A stretch of 43,631 nucleotides of DNA, from the NCBI GenBank assembly GCA_050012475.1, contig JBEKHC010000038.1, positions 1-43,631 on the forward strand. The letters are read 5' to 3'. The notes beneath the pieces were generated by a model. The model did not search any database. It was not told the origin of the DNA and saw nothing but the letters and a program-made list of their open reading frames with translations. A program made the position numbers and the translations under genes. Numbering within the stretch: position 1 is the first letter of the stretch; every line of letters begins with the position of its first letter. Below are positions 1 to 8,710 of the stretch, piece after piece. The DNA is from Candidatus Velthaea sp. Its GTDB lineage: Bacteria; Vulcanimicrobiota; Vulcanimicrobiia; Vulcanimicrobiales; Vulcanimicrobiaceae.

Positions 1-150
1 CGAGTCACGACCTGATCCGGTGGTGCGCCTTAGGACTAAATCCGGCTCGCGGCCAAATCCGATGGCACGCCTCACGACCCAATCTGATGGCGCCTCGCGG
101 CCAAATCCGATGCCATCGCCTCGCGACCAAGTCCGATGGCACGCCGCCTC
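1..150. repeat. Degenerate tandem repeat, ~6 units of 20-28 bp, consensus approx. CGCCTCRCGRCCAAATCCGATGGC; may continue beyond the window edge
   Basis: Units start at about 1, 26, 46, 68, 91 and 117 (e.g. cgcctcacgacccaatctgatgg, cgcctcgcggccaaatccgatgc, cgcctcgcgaccaagtccgatggc); no unique spacers. Confidence 0.75.
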
Positions 151-241
151 ACTGCCAACGAAGCATCGCGCGGAATCAGGCGATCGGGCCCGATTGTTTA
201 CCAAACGTTCGCTCACGGGTCACCGCTGCTGACGTAAGCAT

Positions 242-271
242 CAGCGCAGCGCAGCGCAGCGCAGCGCAGCG
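242..271. repeat. Pentanucleotide microsatellite (CAGCG)6
   Basis: Six perfect copies read directly from the sequence. Confidence 0.95.
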
Positions 272-426
272 CTGCGGGAACGGTTGGGCCGGATTGGGTT
301 CATCGACGAAGCGCACCCGGAAAAGAGGTCACCTCATGCTCGCTGAAGCAGGCGGTCCGTCGGATGCAGTCGGCGCGGCATATCGCCCGAAGAAATCCAC
401 GGGTGGACGCCGAAGACATAATGGGT

Positions 427-510
427 GCCGACGTAGCTCAGTTGGTAGAGCAGCTGATTCGTAATCAGCAGGTCAGCGGTTCAACGGTTCAAGTCCGCTC
501 GTCGGCTCCA
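427..510 (+). tRNA. tRNA-Thr(CGT) with an 8-nt tandem duplication in the T-arm
   Basis: Acceptor stem GCCGACG/CGTCGGC, D-arm TAGCTCAGTTGGTAGAGC, anticodon stem GCTGA/TCAGC with loop TTCGTAA, encoded CCA end; CGGTTCAA occurs twice (477-484, 485-492). Confidence 0.9.
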
Positions 511-513
511 GAC

Positions 514-540
514 AAACCCTTGTAGATCAAGGGTTTTTTC
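514..540 (+). terminator. Rho-independent terminator after the tRNA
   Basis: Stem AAACCCTTG/CAAGGGTTT, 5-nt loop, runs into a T6 tract. Confidence 0.8.
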
Positions 541-647
541 ATATCTTAATTACTGGTATAGTACCTGTATCTCAAAACGCTAACCAAAAACGCTAACCAA
601 ATCGAGAAACGGAGCGAGAGCTACAGCGAAGAGAGCAACCGCCTGCT

Positions 648-696
648 CTGATTTGTAATCAGCAGGTCAGCGGTTCAAGTCCGCTCGTCGGCTCCA
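648..696 (+). repeat. Duplicate tRNA-Thr 3' half (attR-like) with anticodon TGT
   Basis: CTGATTTGTAATCAGCAGGTCAGCGGTTCAAGTCCGCTCGTCGGCTCCA matches 454-510 except for a C>T change in the anticodon and the missing 8-nt duplication. Confidence 0.9.
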
Positions 697-711
697 TAAA
701 AAGCCTTAACG

Positions 712-969
712 ATGGGCTACGATTTTCTTGGGGCGCTATCGCACGGTGAACCGCCGCTGGCGAGCGCTTTCTTATGGAAGGATACTTGGCTGCACGTACG
801 CGCTGTCGTCAAGACTTGGCGGTCGCTCAACACGGATCGCGGCGACGACTATCTGGCCAAGCATTGGTACGAGGTCTGCCTCGACGGCGACGGGAGAGCG
901 GTCATTTATTTCGACCGCAAAGCACGGGTCGGCCGCCCTCGCTGGTGGCCATACACAATTGAAGACTGA
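712..969 (+). CDS. Small DUF6504-like protein; 5' end possibly truncated
   Basis: Pattern GEPxLxxxFxW...VxxVxxTWR...YLAKHWYE...IYFDR...RWW resembles DUF6504 proteins. Confidence 0.55.
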   Translation: MGYDFLGALSHGEPPLASAFLWKDTWLHVRAVVKTWRSLNTDRGDDYLAKHWYEVCLDGDGRAVIYFDRKARVGRPRWWPYTIED

Positions 970-990
970 CGCGCGGACGATGGCGATCGT

Positions 991-1899
991 CTATGTGTCC
1001 GCGACGATTGCAGCGGTGCTGACCGGGGTCCGGCGGCGATCGCTCAATGCAGCGGTTTGGAGCGGTGGAGCGGGGAGCTCTTCGTGTCCGAGCGCCCACG
1101 GCGGATGGACCGGAACCTCGCACCAATCCATTTCGGGCAGCCGCAAACTGTTTTCGAACGTCTGGATGCTATCGGCGCGGAAGACTTTCAGATTCCCGGC
1201 TACCAGGTCGCCGATCACCGCAAACCCGGCGCCGCCTTCGATCGTCGTTTGGGCGCGGGCAAAGTGTTCTCCCAGCGGCAGATCGTGTGCGTCGATGTAA
1301 CAGATCGTTCCGATCGGCACCGTTCGCCAGATCCGCAGTCGCGGGTGAGCGCGCGAACCGTCGGTTTGCCGCAGATAGCTGCTCGGCAAGTAACCGAAGT
1401 CGACCTCCCACACGGCGCCGCCGGGCCCCATCACACCCCAGCGCGGAACGATTCGCCGCAAGCGATCGCTGACGGGCCGGGGCGCGCCGCTCGGGTCGGT
1501 TTGATACGAGTGCGCGAATGCCGCGCATGCCTGCTGCACCGCGGGCGACAAAGGCCGGATGACGAGCTCATCGTGAGCGGCGCGTTCGATGCGCCGCGGT
1601 CCGGTTCGCAGCGTCGTGCCACCACTGGAAAGCATGTCGAGCTCCTCGCGGTTCAGGTCGGTCAAGTCGACGATGAGCCGCTCCGAGACGGGATCAGGCA
1701 GTTTCAGCCGTACCACGTCGTCGGCGGCTGCTCGAGCGAAGGCGAGATACTGGCCATCGATGGCGAGCAGTCCGAGGTCCGGATTGAGCTCCTGCAACGC
1801 CCCAATGAGCTGTCTCAATCGGTTCGGCCACCGGATCACGCGATCGACTGCCCACGCTTCCCCGTTCATTGAATGAGCGATCGATATGTCGACGATCAA
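991..1899 (-). CDS. Hypothetical protein (alternative start at 1869)
   Basis: 302-aa ORF with globular protein-like composition; no family recognised. Confidence 0.6.
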   Translation of the reverse strand: MIVDISIAHSMNGEAWAVDRVIRWPNRLRQLIGALQELNPDLGLLAIDGQYLAFARAAADDVVRLKLPDPVSERLIVDLTDLNREELDMLSSGGTTLRTGPRRIERAAHDELVIRPLSPAVQQACAAFAHSYQTDPSGAPRPVSDRLRRIVPRWGVMGPGGAVWEVDFGYLPSSYLRQTDGSRAHPRLRIWRTVPIGTICYIDAHDLPLGEHFARAQTTIEGGAGFAVIGDLVAGNLKVFRADSIQTFENSLRLPEMDWCEVPVHPPWALGHEELPAPPLQTAALSDRRRTPVSTAAIVADT

Positions 1900-2074
1900 T
1901 TCCGCTTGGGCACCTCAGGAAGGCAAAATGCAACGGACGCCGACGCTCGCCCACTTTCCGCAGCGTTCTCGGCCAGCGGCGGAAGGGCGCCTGCACGTAG
2001 CAAAACTTGCCGATCGGTTTTTTGCTGGGCGTTAGTTTAGCCGGCCCTCACCGCGGCTTTCCGTTGCGACGTAA

Positions 2075-2263
2075 CCCGGCCGTCACATCGACGCCTTCCG
2101 GGAGAAAGCCGAGGCACGCGGCGAAGCGCTCGCGGTCTCGGTCAACCTGAAACTCGATCCGGCCATCGACAGCGGCGCGGGATTTGAGGCGCCGACAACG
2201 CCGTTCGGCTTCAATGAGTTAGCGGTCGCCGGCGGGCTGCGCGGCAAACCGGTGGAGCTCGCG
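2075..2263 (+). pseudogene. Internal fragment of a UbiD-family (AroY/LpdC-type protocatechuate/gallate) decarboxylase
   Basis: Frame reads PGRHIDAFREKAEARGEALAVSVNLKLDPAIDSGAGFEAPTTPFGFNELAVAGGLRGKPVELA; preceded by in-frame TAA at 2072-2074, no start codon. Confidence 0.8.
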
Positions 2264-2287
2264 CTGAGATCGTCAGCGAGAACCGAC

Positions 2288-3697
2288 CTAACCGGTTCGC
2301 GCGTTCTCTGGTGACGTGCTGCGCTCGTTGTGCAGGCGCAATTGACTCGACTCGCGTCCAACCAGCGTCGTTAACAGCCAGTCGGCGGCGAGCAGGATGC
2401 GATTGCGCCACGAATCGATGTGCAGCAGATAGTATGCGTGCCAAGCCAGCCAGGCCGGCAATCCGGTGATCGTGATTCGCCCGATCTCGACGATGCCGTC
2501 GTGGCCGCCCAACAGCGTCAGCTGACCGACTTTCGTGAACTCAAACGGGACGGAAGGCTCGCCGCGGAGCGAGGCAGCGACGGTACGTGCAACGTACTGG
2601 GCTTGATGCTCGGCGGCTTGCGCCAGCGCTGGAACCGGCGCGCCGGTGACGCCGTCGAGCGCCCATGCGTTGTCGCCGATCGCGTAGACGTTCGGGTGAC
2701 CGGGCAGGCGCAAGCATCCATCGACCGTGAGCGCGCCGTTCTTCTCGTGAGCCGCCCGCATAGTTCGCACGACGTCGGGCGCACTTACTCCGGTCGCCCA
2801 AAAGACGGTGCGGGTCGGGATCGTCGACGCGCTGGTATGGACCCCGTCGTCCGTTATCCGTTCAACCGACACACCGGTCTGGACTTCGATGCCTTGTGCT
2901 TCGAGATGCGCTCGCAGGAGGGTCGAGACGCGTGGCGGCGAGAGCGGAACGAGGCGATGGTCGCGCTGGACGACGACGATTCGCGGCGGTTGCGCCACGA
3001 GCCATGGATACAGCTTCCGCAGCGTTCCCCGGATATACTCGTCGATCGCCGCGGCGAGCTCGCAACCGGTGTCTCCGCCGCCGGCGACGACGAACGTGCG
3101 CCACGCATCGTGTTCGGCCGGATCCGTCGCTCGATGCGCGCGTTCGATCGCGTCGATGAGATAGTTGCGCAGCTCCACCGCGTCCGCCGGGCCGCGGAAG
3201 ATATGTACGTGTTCACGGACCCCGGGGAGGTCAGGAACGGTCGTCACGCTGCCCAGCGCGACGATCAGGATGTCATAGTTGCGATCGCCGGCGCTCGTGT
3301 GGACGACGCGTTCTTCGAGGTCGATGCCTTCGACTTCGGCATTGAGAACATGGAACGCGCGCCCGCGCTGCAGCGTGCGAAGCGGCACCGTCACGCTTGC
3401 CGGCGACGCGCTGCCGGCAGCAACACTCCACAGCAGCGGCACGAATACTTGCGCGTTGGCCCGATCGACAAGCAGAATCGACAGATCCGCGACGCCGCGC
3501 AGCTGCCGGTCCAGTTCGATCGCGGCGGTCGCGCCGCCGAAACCGCCGCCTAGGATGAGAATCCTGGTCTTTGCGCGCTCGTAGTCGGCCGACGTCTCGC
3601 TGCGATGCGCCTGCCGGCGTCGCGGCCTCTGCGCCTTCAGGAAAGCGGCGATCGCGAGGCTCGTGATTGCGGTAAGGCGGATGGCTGCATTTCGCAT
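2288..3697 (-). CDS. NAD(P)/FAD-dependent oxidoreductase, type II NADH dehydrogenase family
   Basis: ILILGGGFGG, FVVAGGGDTGCELA, VYAIGD, PALAQAAEHQ, GLPAWLAW motifs; ATG at 3697 preceded by GAGG. Confidence 0.9.
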   Translation of the reverse strand: MRNAAIRLTAITSLAIAAFLKAQRPRRRQAHRSETSADYERAKTRILILGGGFGGATAAIELDRQLRGVADLSILLVDRANAQVFVPLLWSVAAGSASPASVTVPLRTLQRGRAFHVLNAEVEGIDLEERVVHTSAGDRNYDILIVALGSVTTVPDLPGVREHVHIFRGPADAVELRNYLIDAIERAHRATDPAEHDAWRTFVVAGGGDTGCELAAAIDEYIRGTLRKLYPWLVAQPPRIVVVQRDHRLVPLSPPRVSTLLRAHLEAQGIEVQTGVSVERITDDGVHTSASTIPTRTVFWATGVSAPDVVRTMRAAHEKNGALTVDGCLRLPGHPNVYAIGDNAWALDGVTGAPVPALAQAAEHQAQYVARTVAASLRGEPSVPFEFTKVGQLTLLGGHDGIVEIGRITITGLPAWLAWHAYYLLHIDSWRNRILLAADWLLTTLVGRESSQLRLHNERSTSPENARTG

Positions 3698-4157
3698 GGT
3701 AACACCTCGTACTCGACGGCAGACGGATGCCGGAATTCGGCTGCTGTCAGCGGAGTTCGCCGTTGGCCTTCGCGTTCGCCGTTCCGCGGACCGCTGGTCA
3801 GCGTTCGGGTGAGTGCTTCGCGCTCGTCCGCCGGTGCGATGCGCGCACCGCGACCGCGCAACGGAACGGAAGGCAATCAATGTTTGGTCATCGTCCCCTC
3901 GAGGACGAACGAGCCGAGGAAAACGTGACGGGAAGATACGACGCTGCCGCCCGTGATCGGCCCTCCATGCCGGCTGCAACGCTGGAGCCCTCACCCATCG
4001 ACCGAACGAAGTGCTGCGGCGCCGCGTCGCCAAATGCTAGTGACCGCCGCTTGCAAGACGTGACTGCTGTCATGCGGAGGCGCGGTGATCGTCTACCCGG
4101 GCGAGCGTCCGCGCGCGCCTGACGAGATCCCCAAATCGCCGGCCTCCCGCGACCTAC

Positions 4158-4200
4158 TTGACAAATTTAAGGAAAAATATCTCAATATGATTTAATAAGT
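4158..4200 (+). promoter_or_regulatory. Probable sigma70 promoter/operator region of the sugar ABC operon
   Basis: Perfect TTGACA at 4158-4163 within a sharply AT-rich patch; -10 box not unambiguous. Confidence 0.55.
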
Positions 4201-4391
4201 CTCGTAGAAAAACACCGCCGTCGAAAAGCACCGCCCGTCTTCACTTGTTTTCCTCGCGGGTGTGCTCGCAGCGCTTCCCGCGAGCGGAATTTGAGTCGCC
4301 TATTTCGGACCGGATCGTTTGCAAACCGTGTCCGCCCGCCGTTCCATGCGGTGGCTGCTGTTGCTCGTAACGCAGCCAGGAGGAGAGAGCA

Positions 4392-5696
4392 ATGTCCAAC
4401 GACACGAAGAGTCTATCACGGCGTCGATTCGTACAGGCATCCGCCGGCGCCGGTGCGGCCGCCGCCGCTTCCCTTGCCGGCGTACGCGTCGCAAACGCTG
4501 CGCCCGTTGAGCTGCGCTACTTCTATCGCGCGGCCTGGCCGACGTCCGAAACGTACGCAAATTGGCTGATCGACGAGTGGAACAAGAAGAACGGCGACCG
4601 CATCCACGTGACCGGCGCCAGCGTCGACGGCGAGACCTATAAAACGAAACAAACGATCGAATTGAGTTCCAGCAATCCACCCGACATTTTCTATTCATGG
4701 GAAGGCGGCCGCGCCGCGGAAATCATCAAGAACGGTTACTCCGCCGATCTCTCCGGTTACTACGCGAAATACGGCTGGAAGCATTCGCTCAATCCGGCCA
4801 GCGTTTCACTGGCGACCTTCGGCGGCAAGCAGTACTTCGTGCCGACGGAAATCGGCGCTTCTGTGGTTTGGTATCGCAAGGACCTCTACGAAAAACTCGG
4901 CCTTACCGTGCCCAAGACTTGGGACGAGTTGATGGCCAATGCGGCCAAGGCCAAGGCCGCGGGCTTGGCGCCGTTCATGCTGTCCAATCAGAAAAAATGG
5001 CCCGCCCAATTCATGTGGTCGGCGATCATGGTCAATAAATACGGACTCGACGCCTACGACGGCCTCATCAGCAACAAGATTCCGTGGACCGATTCGCGCG
5101 CCGTCGACGTCACCGCCATGATGAAAAAGCTTGCCGATGACGGCATGTTCGAGCCCTCGTTCAACTCGATCGATTTTGCGCCGGCGCAGGTCCCGTGGGC
5201 GCAGGGCAAAGTGCTGCACTGGTACCAGGGCTCCTTCATTCTGGGCAGCTTCCGCGGCGACAAGAAGCAGTGCTGCGTCGTGCCGACCGATTTCTTTCCC
5301 ATGCCGGCAATCGGCAACCGAAAGCCGGTCATGTCGGTTTACGCCGAAGATACGATCATGATCCATGCTGCGAGCAAGAATAAGGACGCGGCGGCGGAGT
5401 TCGTCAACTGGATGGTCTCCAAAGACGCCACGACCAAAAAACTTGAAATCGACAAGCCGTATCCTTCAAACACGGCGGCCGACCTTTCGCGCCTCACGCC
5501 GATGGAGCAGCGGCTTGCCAAGGCCATGGCCAGTGCCGGTTCTTTCACGTTCATGCACGTCGATCATGCGACGCCGCCCGCAATCTCCGATAAGTTCCTC
5601 GACGGCCTGCAGGGTGTGCTCGCCGGCGCGATGACGCCGGAGCAGGCGATGAGCCTCACCCAAAACGAGGCCGCTCGCGTCGGCGGCAAGGCCTAA
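4392..5696 (+). CDS. Carbohydrate ABC transporter substrate-binding protein, Tat-exported
   Basis: SRRRFVQ twin-arginine signal; PPDIF, WYRKDLYEKLGLTVPKTWDEL and SKNKDAAAEFVNW motifs; RBS AGGAG. Confidence 0.93.
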   Translation: MSNDTKSLSRRRFVQASAGAGAAAAASLAGVRVANAAPVELRYFYRAAWPTSETYANWLIDEWNKKNGDRIHVTGASVDGETYKTKQTIELSSSNPPDIFYSWEGGRAAEIIKNGYSADLSGYYAKYGWKHSLNPASVSLATFGGKQYFVPTEIGASVVWYRKDLYEKLGLTVPKTWDELMANAAKAKAAGLAPFMLSNQKKWPAQFMWSAIMVNKYGLDAYDGLISNKIPWTDSRAVDVTAMMKKLADDGMFEPSFNSIDFAPAQVPWAQGKVLHWYQGSFILGSFRGDKKQCCVVPTDFFPMPAIGNRKPVMSVYAEDTIMIHAASKNKDAAAEFVNWMVSKDATTKKLEIDKPYPSNTAADLSRLTPMEQRLAKAMASAGSFTFMHVDHATPPAISDKFLDGLQGVLAGAMTPEQAMSLTQNEAARVGGKA

Positions 5697-5792
5697 CGCG
5701 ACGATTGCGGGCGCCGAGGCGGAACGGACGAGCCGTTCACCCTAGCGCCCGCGCCGGCGAACTCGACCGCGTGCCGGCCTCTTGCCCGAAGG

Positions 5793-6725
5793 ATGACGAT
5801 GACTCCAACTTCGCACGCGGAATCCGCTCCGTCATTCGCGACGTTCGCACGCGAGCATACGTTCGCGGCGATCTTCGGCGTTGCCATGCCGGTGATCGTC
5901 TTTTGCACGTTCGTCGGTTATCCGATCGTCTACACGATCTACCTGAGTTTTTTCAATTGGAACGGTATGACGGCGACCAAGCAGTTTGTCGGCCTTGCCA
6001 ACTACGTCTATCTCTTCCACGACAACTATTTTTACGTCTCTCTCGCCAACAATTTCAAATGGCTCGTCATTACGCTGCTCTTTCCGGTGACGCTCGGTTT
6101 CTTGATCGCGTATATCATGCGAGCCAGACTCGTCTACGCGCCGGCGTTCTTGCGCACCGTCGTCTTTTTTCCGGTCACGATGTCGCTGATCGCCGTCGGA
6201 TTGATGTTCCTGTTGATTCTCAATCCGGTTTTCGGGGCGTTCGACGATTTGCTGCGCGCGCTGGGACTGGGTTTTCTCGTCCACGAATGGTTCGGTGACT
6301 ATCACATCGCGCTCTACACGTTGGCGGTCGTCTCTGGCTGGGCGTTCACCGGCCTCCCGATGGTGTTCTATTTCGCCGGTTTGGGCGAGGTGCCCAAAGA
6401 GACGCTGGATGCGGCGCGCATCGAAGGGGCCGGCCATCTGCGCATGATGTGGTCGGTCGCGCTGCCGCAATTGCGGCCCGTTACGGCAATCGTCGTCATG
6501 CTGACGATCTTCGAGTCACTCAAGGCCTTCGATCTCGTCGCCGTGATGACCAAAGGCGCGCCGTTCGGCTCAACGAACGTGCTCGGCTACCTCGTCTATC
6601 TCGAAACGTTCTGGAATTCGCGCTTCGGTTACGGCGCGACGCTCAGCGTGGCAATTCTCGTGCTGTCGATCTTGCTCGCGACGCTGGTTCTGGGCCGACT
6701 GCTGAAGGGCGCATTCGATGTCTGA
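5793..6725 (+). CDS. Carbohydrate ABC transporter permease
   Basis: FVGLANY, EAA-loop variant LDAARIEGA, six TM segments. Confidence 0.93.
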   Translation: MTMTPTSHAESAPSFATFAREHTFAAIFGVAMPVIVFCTFVGYPIVYTIYLSFFNWNGMTATKQFVGLANYVYLFHDNYFYVSLANNFKWLVITLLFPVTLGFLIAYIMRARLVYAPAFLRTVVFFPVTMSLIAVGLMFLLILNPVFGAFDDLLRALGLGFLVHEWFGDYHIALYTLAVVSGWAFTGLPMVFYFAGLGEVPKETLDAARIEGAGHLRMMWSVALPQLRPVTAIVVMLTIFESLKAFDLVAVMTKGAPFGSTNVLGYLVYLETFWNSRFGYGATLSVAILVLSILLATLVLGRLLKGAFDV

Positions 6726-7590
6726 TTATGCGGCCGCGCCGCCGCCCACTCCGCTGGCGCGCGCCGTGCTCGTCCTGCCCAAAGTCAGCGCCACGCTGAT
6801 CATGTTGGCGCTCGCCGCAGTTTGGCTCGGACCGATCATTCTCATCGTGATGACCTCGGTCAAGTCGAATGAAGACTTTTTAGCGGGTCCGTTCGCCCTG
6901 CCGACAGCACCGACCGTGGCCCCCTATATCTCGGTTTGGAACAGTTTGAAGTTCGGAAGTCTGCTGGGCAACAGCTTGTTGTATGCGACGGCCGGATCAG
7001 CGTTGGCGGTTTTGCTGGCGCTCGTGCCGGCATTCGCTTTGAGCCGCATGGAGGTTCCCGGCAAGAAGATCATCTTCGGCTTGATGTTGACCGGGTTGAT
7101 GTTGCCTCAACAAACCGTGCTCATTCCGCTATACGATACGTTGCGCGCGCTGCATCTGCTCGATACGAAGATCGGTTTGATCATCGTCCACGGCGTCTAC
7201 GGCATGCCCGCGCAGATCCTGATCTTGCGTGGCTTCATGACGGCCATCCCGCGCGAGATCGAAAAGGCGGCGTATCTCGAGGGCGCGAGCGACTTTCAAG
7301 TGTTCTGGAAGATCATGCTGCCGCTCGCGCGGCCCGGCATTTTGGTCGGCTATACCCTGAATTTCATCGCGATCTGGAAAGAATTCGTCTTTGGCCTCGT
7401 GTTCCTGAACAACGAAGCCAATTTTCCGGTTACCGTCGGCATGCTCAAGCTCAACTCCGACCGGTACATGGCCGTGTTCAACCTGCCGGCGGCGGGCCTG
7501 GTGATCTCGCAGATCCCGATCATCATTCTGTTCATTCTCACCTATCGCCAACTGTCGGGCGGCAGCTTCGTCGGCGCGGTGAAAGGATGA
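6718..7590 (+). CDS. Carbohydrate ABC transporter permease
   Basis: IPREIEKAAYLEGAS EAA loop, C-terminal GAVKG. Confidence 0.93.
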   Translation: MSDYAAAPPPTPLARAVLVLPKVSATLIMLALAAVWLGPIILIVMTSVKSNEDFLAGPFALPTAPTVAPYISVWNSLKFGSLLGNSLLYATAGSALAVLLALVPAFALSRMEVPGKKIIFGLMLTGLMLPQQTVLIPLYDTLRALHLLDTKIGLIIVHGVYGMPAQILILRGFMTAIPREIEKAAYLEGASDFQVFWKIMLPLARPGILVGYTLNFIAIWKEFVFGLVFLNNEANFPVTVGMLKLNSDRYMAVFNLPAAGLVISQIPIIILFILTYRQLSGGSFVGAVKG

Positions 7591-7591
7591 A

Positions 7592-8689
7592 ATGGCGGAC
7601 GTAGCCTTCGTCAACGTCGAGAAACGCTACGGCCCGGTCAAGGTGATCGCGGATCTCAACCTCACGATCGCGGACGGCGAATTTGCCGTGCTGGTGGGTC
7701 CCTCGGGTTGCGGCAAAACGACGTCCCTGCAGATGGTGGCGGGACTCGAGCCGGTCTCGAGCGGACGGCTGTTCATCGGCGGCCGCGATGTGACCGATTT
7801 GCCGCCGAAGAGCCGCGACATCGCCATGGTGTTCCAATCCTACGCACTCTTTCCGCACATGACCGTGTTCGACAACATCGCCTTCGGACTCAAGATCCGC
7901 AAGGTACCCAAAGACGACATGCAGCAGCAAGTCGCGCGCGTCGCCCAGCGCCTGAAAATCGAGTCGTTCTTGGATCGCTTGCCCCGGGCGCTTTCGGGAG
8001 GGCAGCGCCAGCGGGTTGCGCTGGCGCGCGCATTGGTGCGCCAGCCCGGGGTGTTTTTGATGGACGAACCGCTGTCGAATCTCGACGCGAAACTGCGCAT
8101 CGAGGCGCGCAGCTTTCTGGCGAAAATGCACCACGAACTCGGCATTACCACGGTGTACGTTACGCACGACCAAGCGGAAGCGATGACCATGGGCACGCAG
8201 ATCGTCGTCATGAGCGAAGGGGTGATCCAGCAAGCCGCACCGCCCCTGGAAGTTTACAATAGCCCGGCCAGCCGTTTTGTCGCGGGCTTCATCGGCTCTC
8301 CCGGGACCAATTTTCTGCCGCTGCGCTACTATGAAGGCTGCGTCATCGATCCGGCGGCGAACATCAAGCTGCGTGTGCCGGAGAGTCGCCGCCCGTCGCT
8401 GGCGCGGTACGACGATAAGGAGATTATCTTGGGGGCGCGGCCCGAGCACATTCGCGTTGTGCCGTCGGGGCAGGCACGGCCGGAAGAAGCGGTCGACTTC
8501 ACCATCGATGTCGCGCAAAATCTGGGCTACGAGGTCTTGCTCGACATCGTCGCGGGCGATCATCGCGCCGTAACGCGGGTCGCGCCGGACGATCTTCCGG
8601 TTGAAGGCACGCAGCGGGCGTTCGCGTTCGACATGACGATGGTGTTTTTCTTCGACCCGGGAACCGGAGCCAACATCGCTGCGCGCTGA
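7592..8689 (+). CDS. Sugar ABC transporter ATP-binding protein (MalK/UgpC family)
   Basis: GPSGCGKT, LSGGQRQRVA, FLMDEPLSNLD, YVTHDQ. Confidence 0.95.
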   Translation: MADVAFVNVEKRYGPVKVIADLNLTIADGEFAVLVGPSGCGKTTSLQMVAGLEPVSSGRLFIGGRDVTDLPPKSRDIAMVFQSYALFPHMTVFDNIAFGLKIRKVPKDDMQQQVARVAQRLKIESFLDRLPRALSGGQRQRVALARALVRQPGVFLMDEPLSNLDAKLRIEARSFLAKMHHELGITTVYVTHDQAEAMTMGTQIVVMSEGVIQQAAPPLEVYNSPASRFVAGFIGSPGTNFLPLRYYEGCVIDPAANIKLRVPESRRPSLARYDDKEIILGARPEHIRVVPSGQARPEEAVDFTIDVAQNLGYEVLLDIVAGDHRAVTRVAPDDLPVEGTQRAFAFDMTMVFFFDPGTGANIAAR

Positions 8690-8710
8690 GCGCGCGGGGA
8701 ACCGCAGGTC

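Larger units (their letters stand above)
511..696. mobile_element. Remnant or minimal tRNA-targeting integrative element (att arms plus attR-like tRNA fragment, no integrase)
   Basis: AT-rich 137-bp spacer with direct repeats AAAACGCTAACCA (574-586, 587-599), bounded by the tRNA and a copy of its 3' half at 648-696. Confidence 0.65.

Noticed and set aside
1..150. CRISPR array
   Set aside because: Repeats abut each other with no unique 25-45 bp spacers, they are degenerate, and no cas genes are present
3698..4033. N-terminal extension of the NDH-2 ORF to 581 aa
   Set aside because: Low-complexity Arg-rich translation; the RBS and family-like sequence begin at ATG 3697
5707..5752. Hairpin after the SBP gene as a novel ncRNA
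   Set aside because: Stem-loops after substrate-binding-protein genes are ordinary mRNA-stabilising elements in ABC operons
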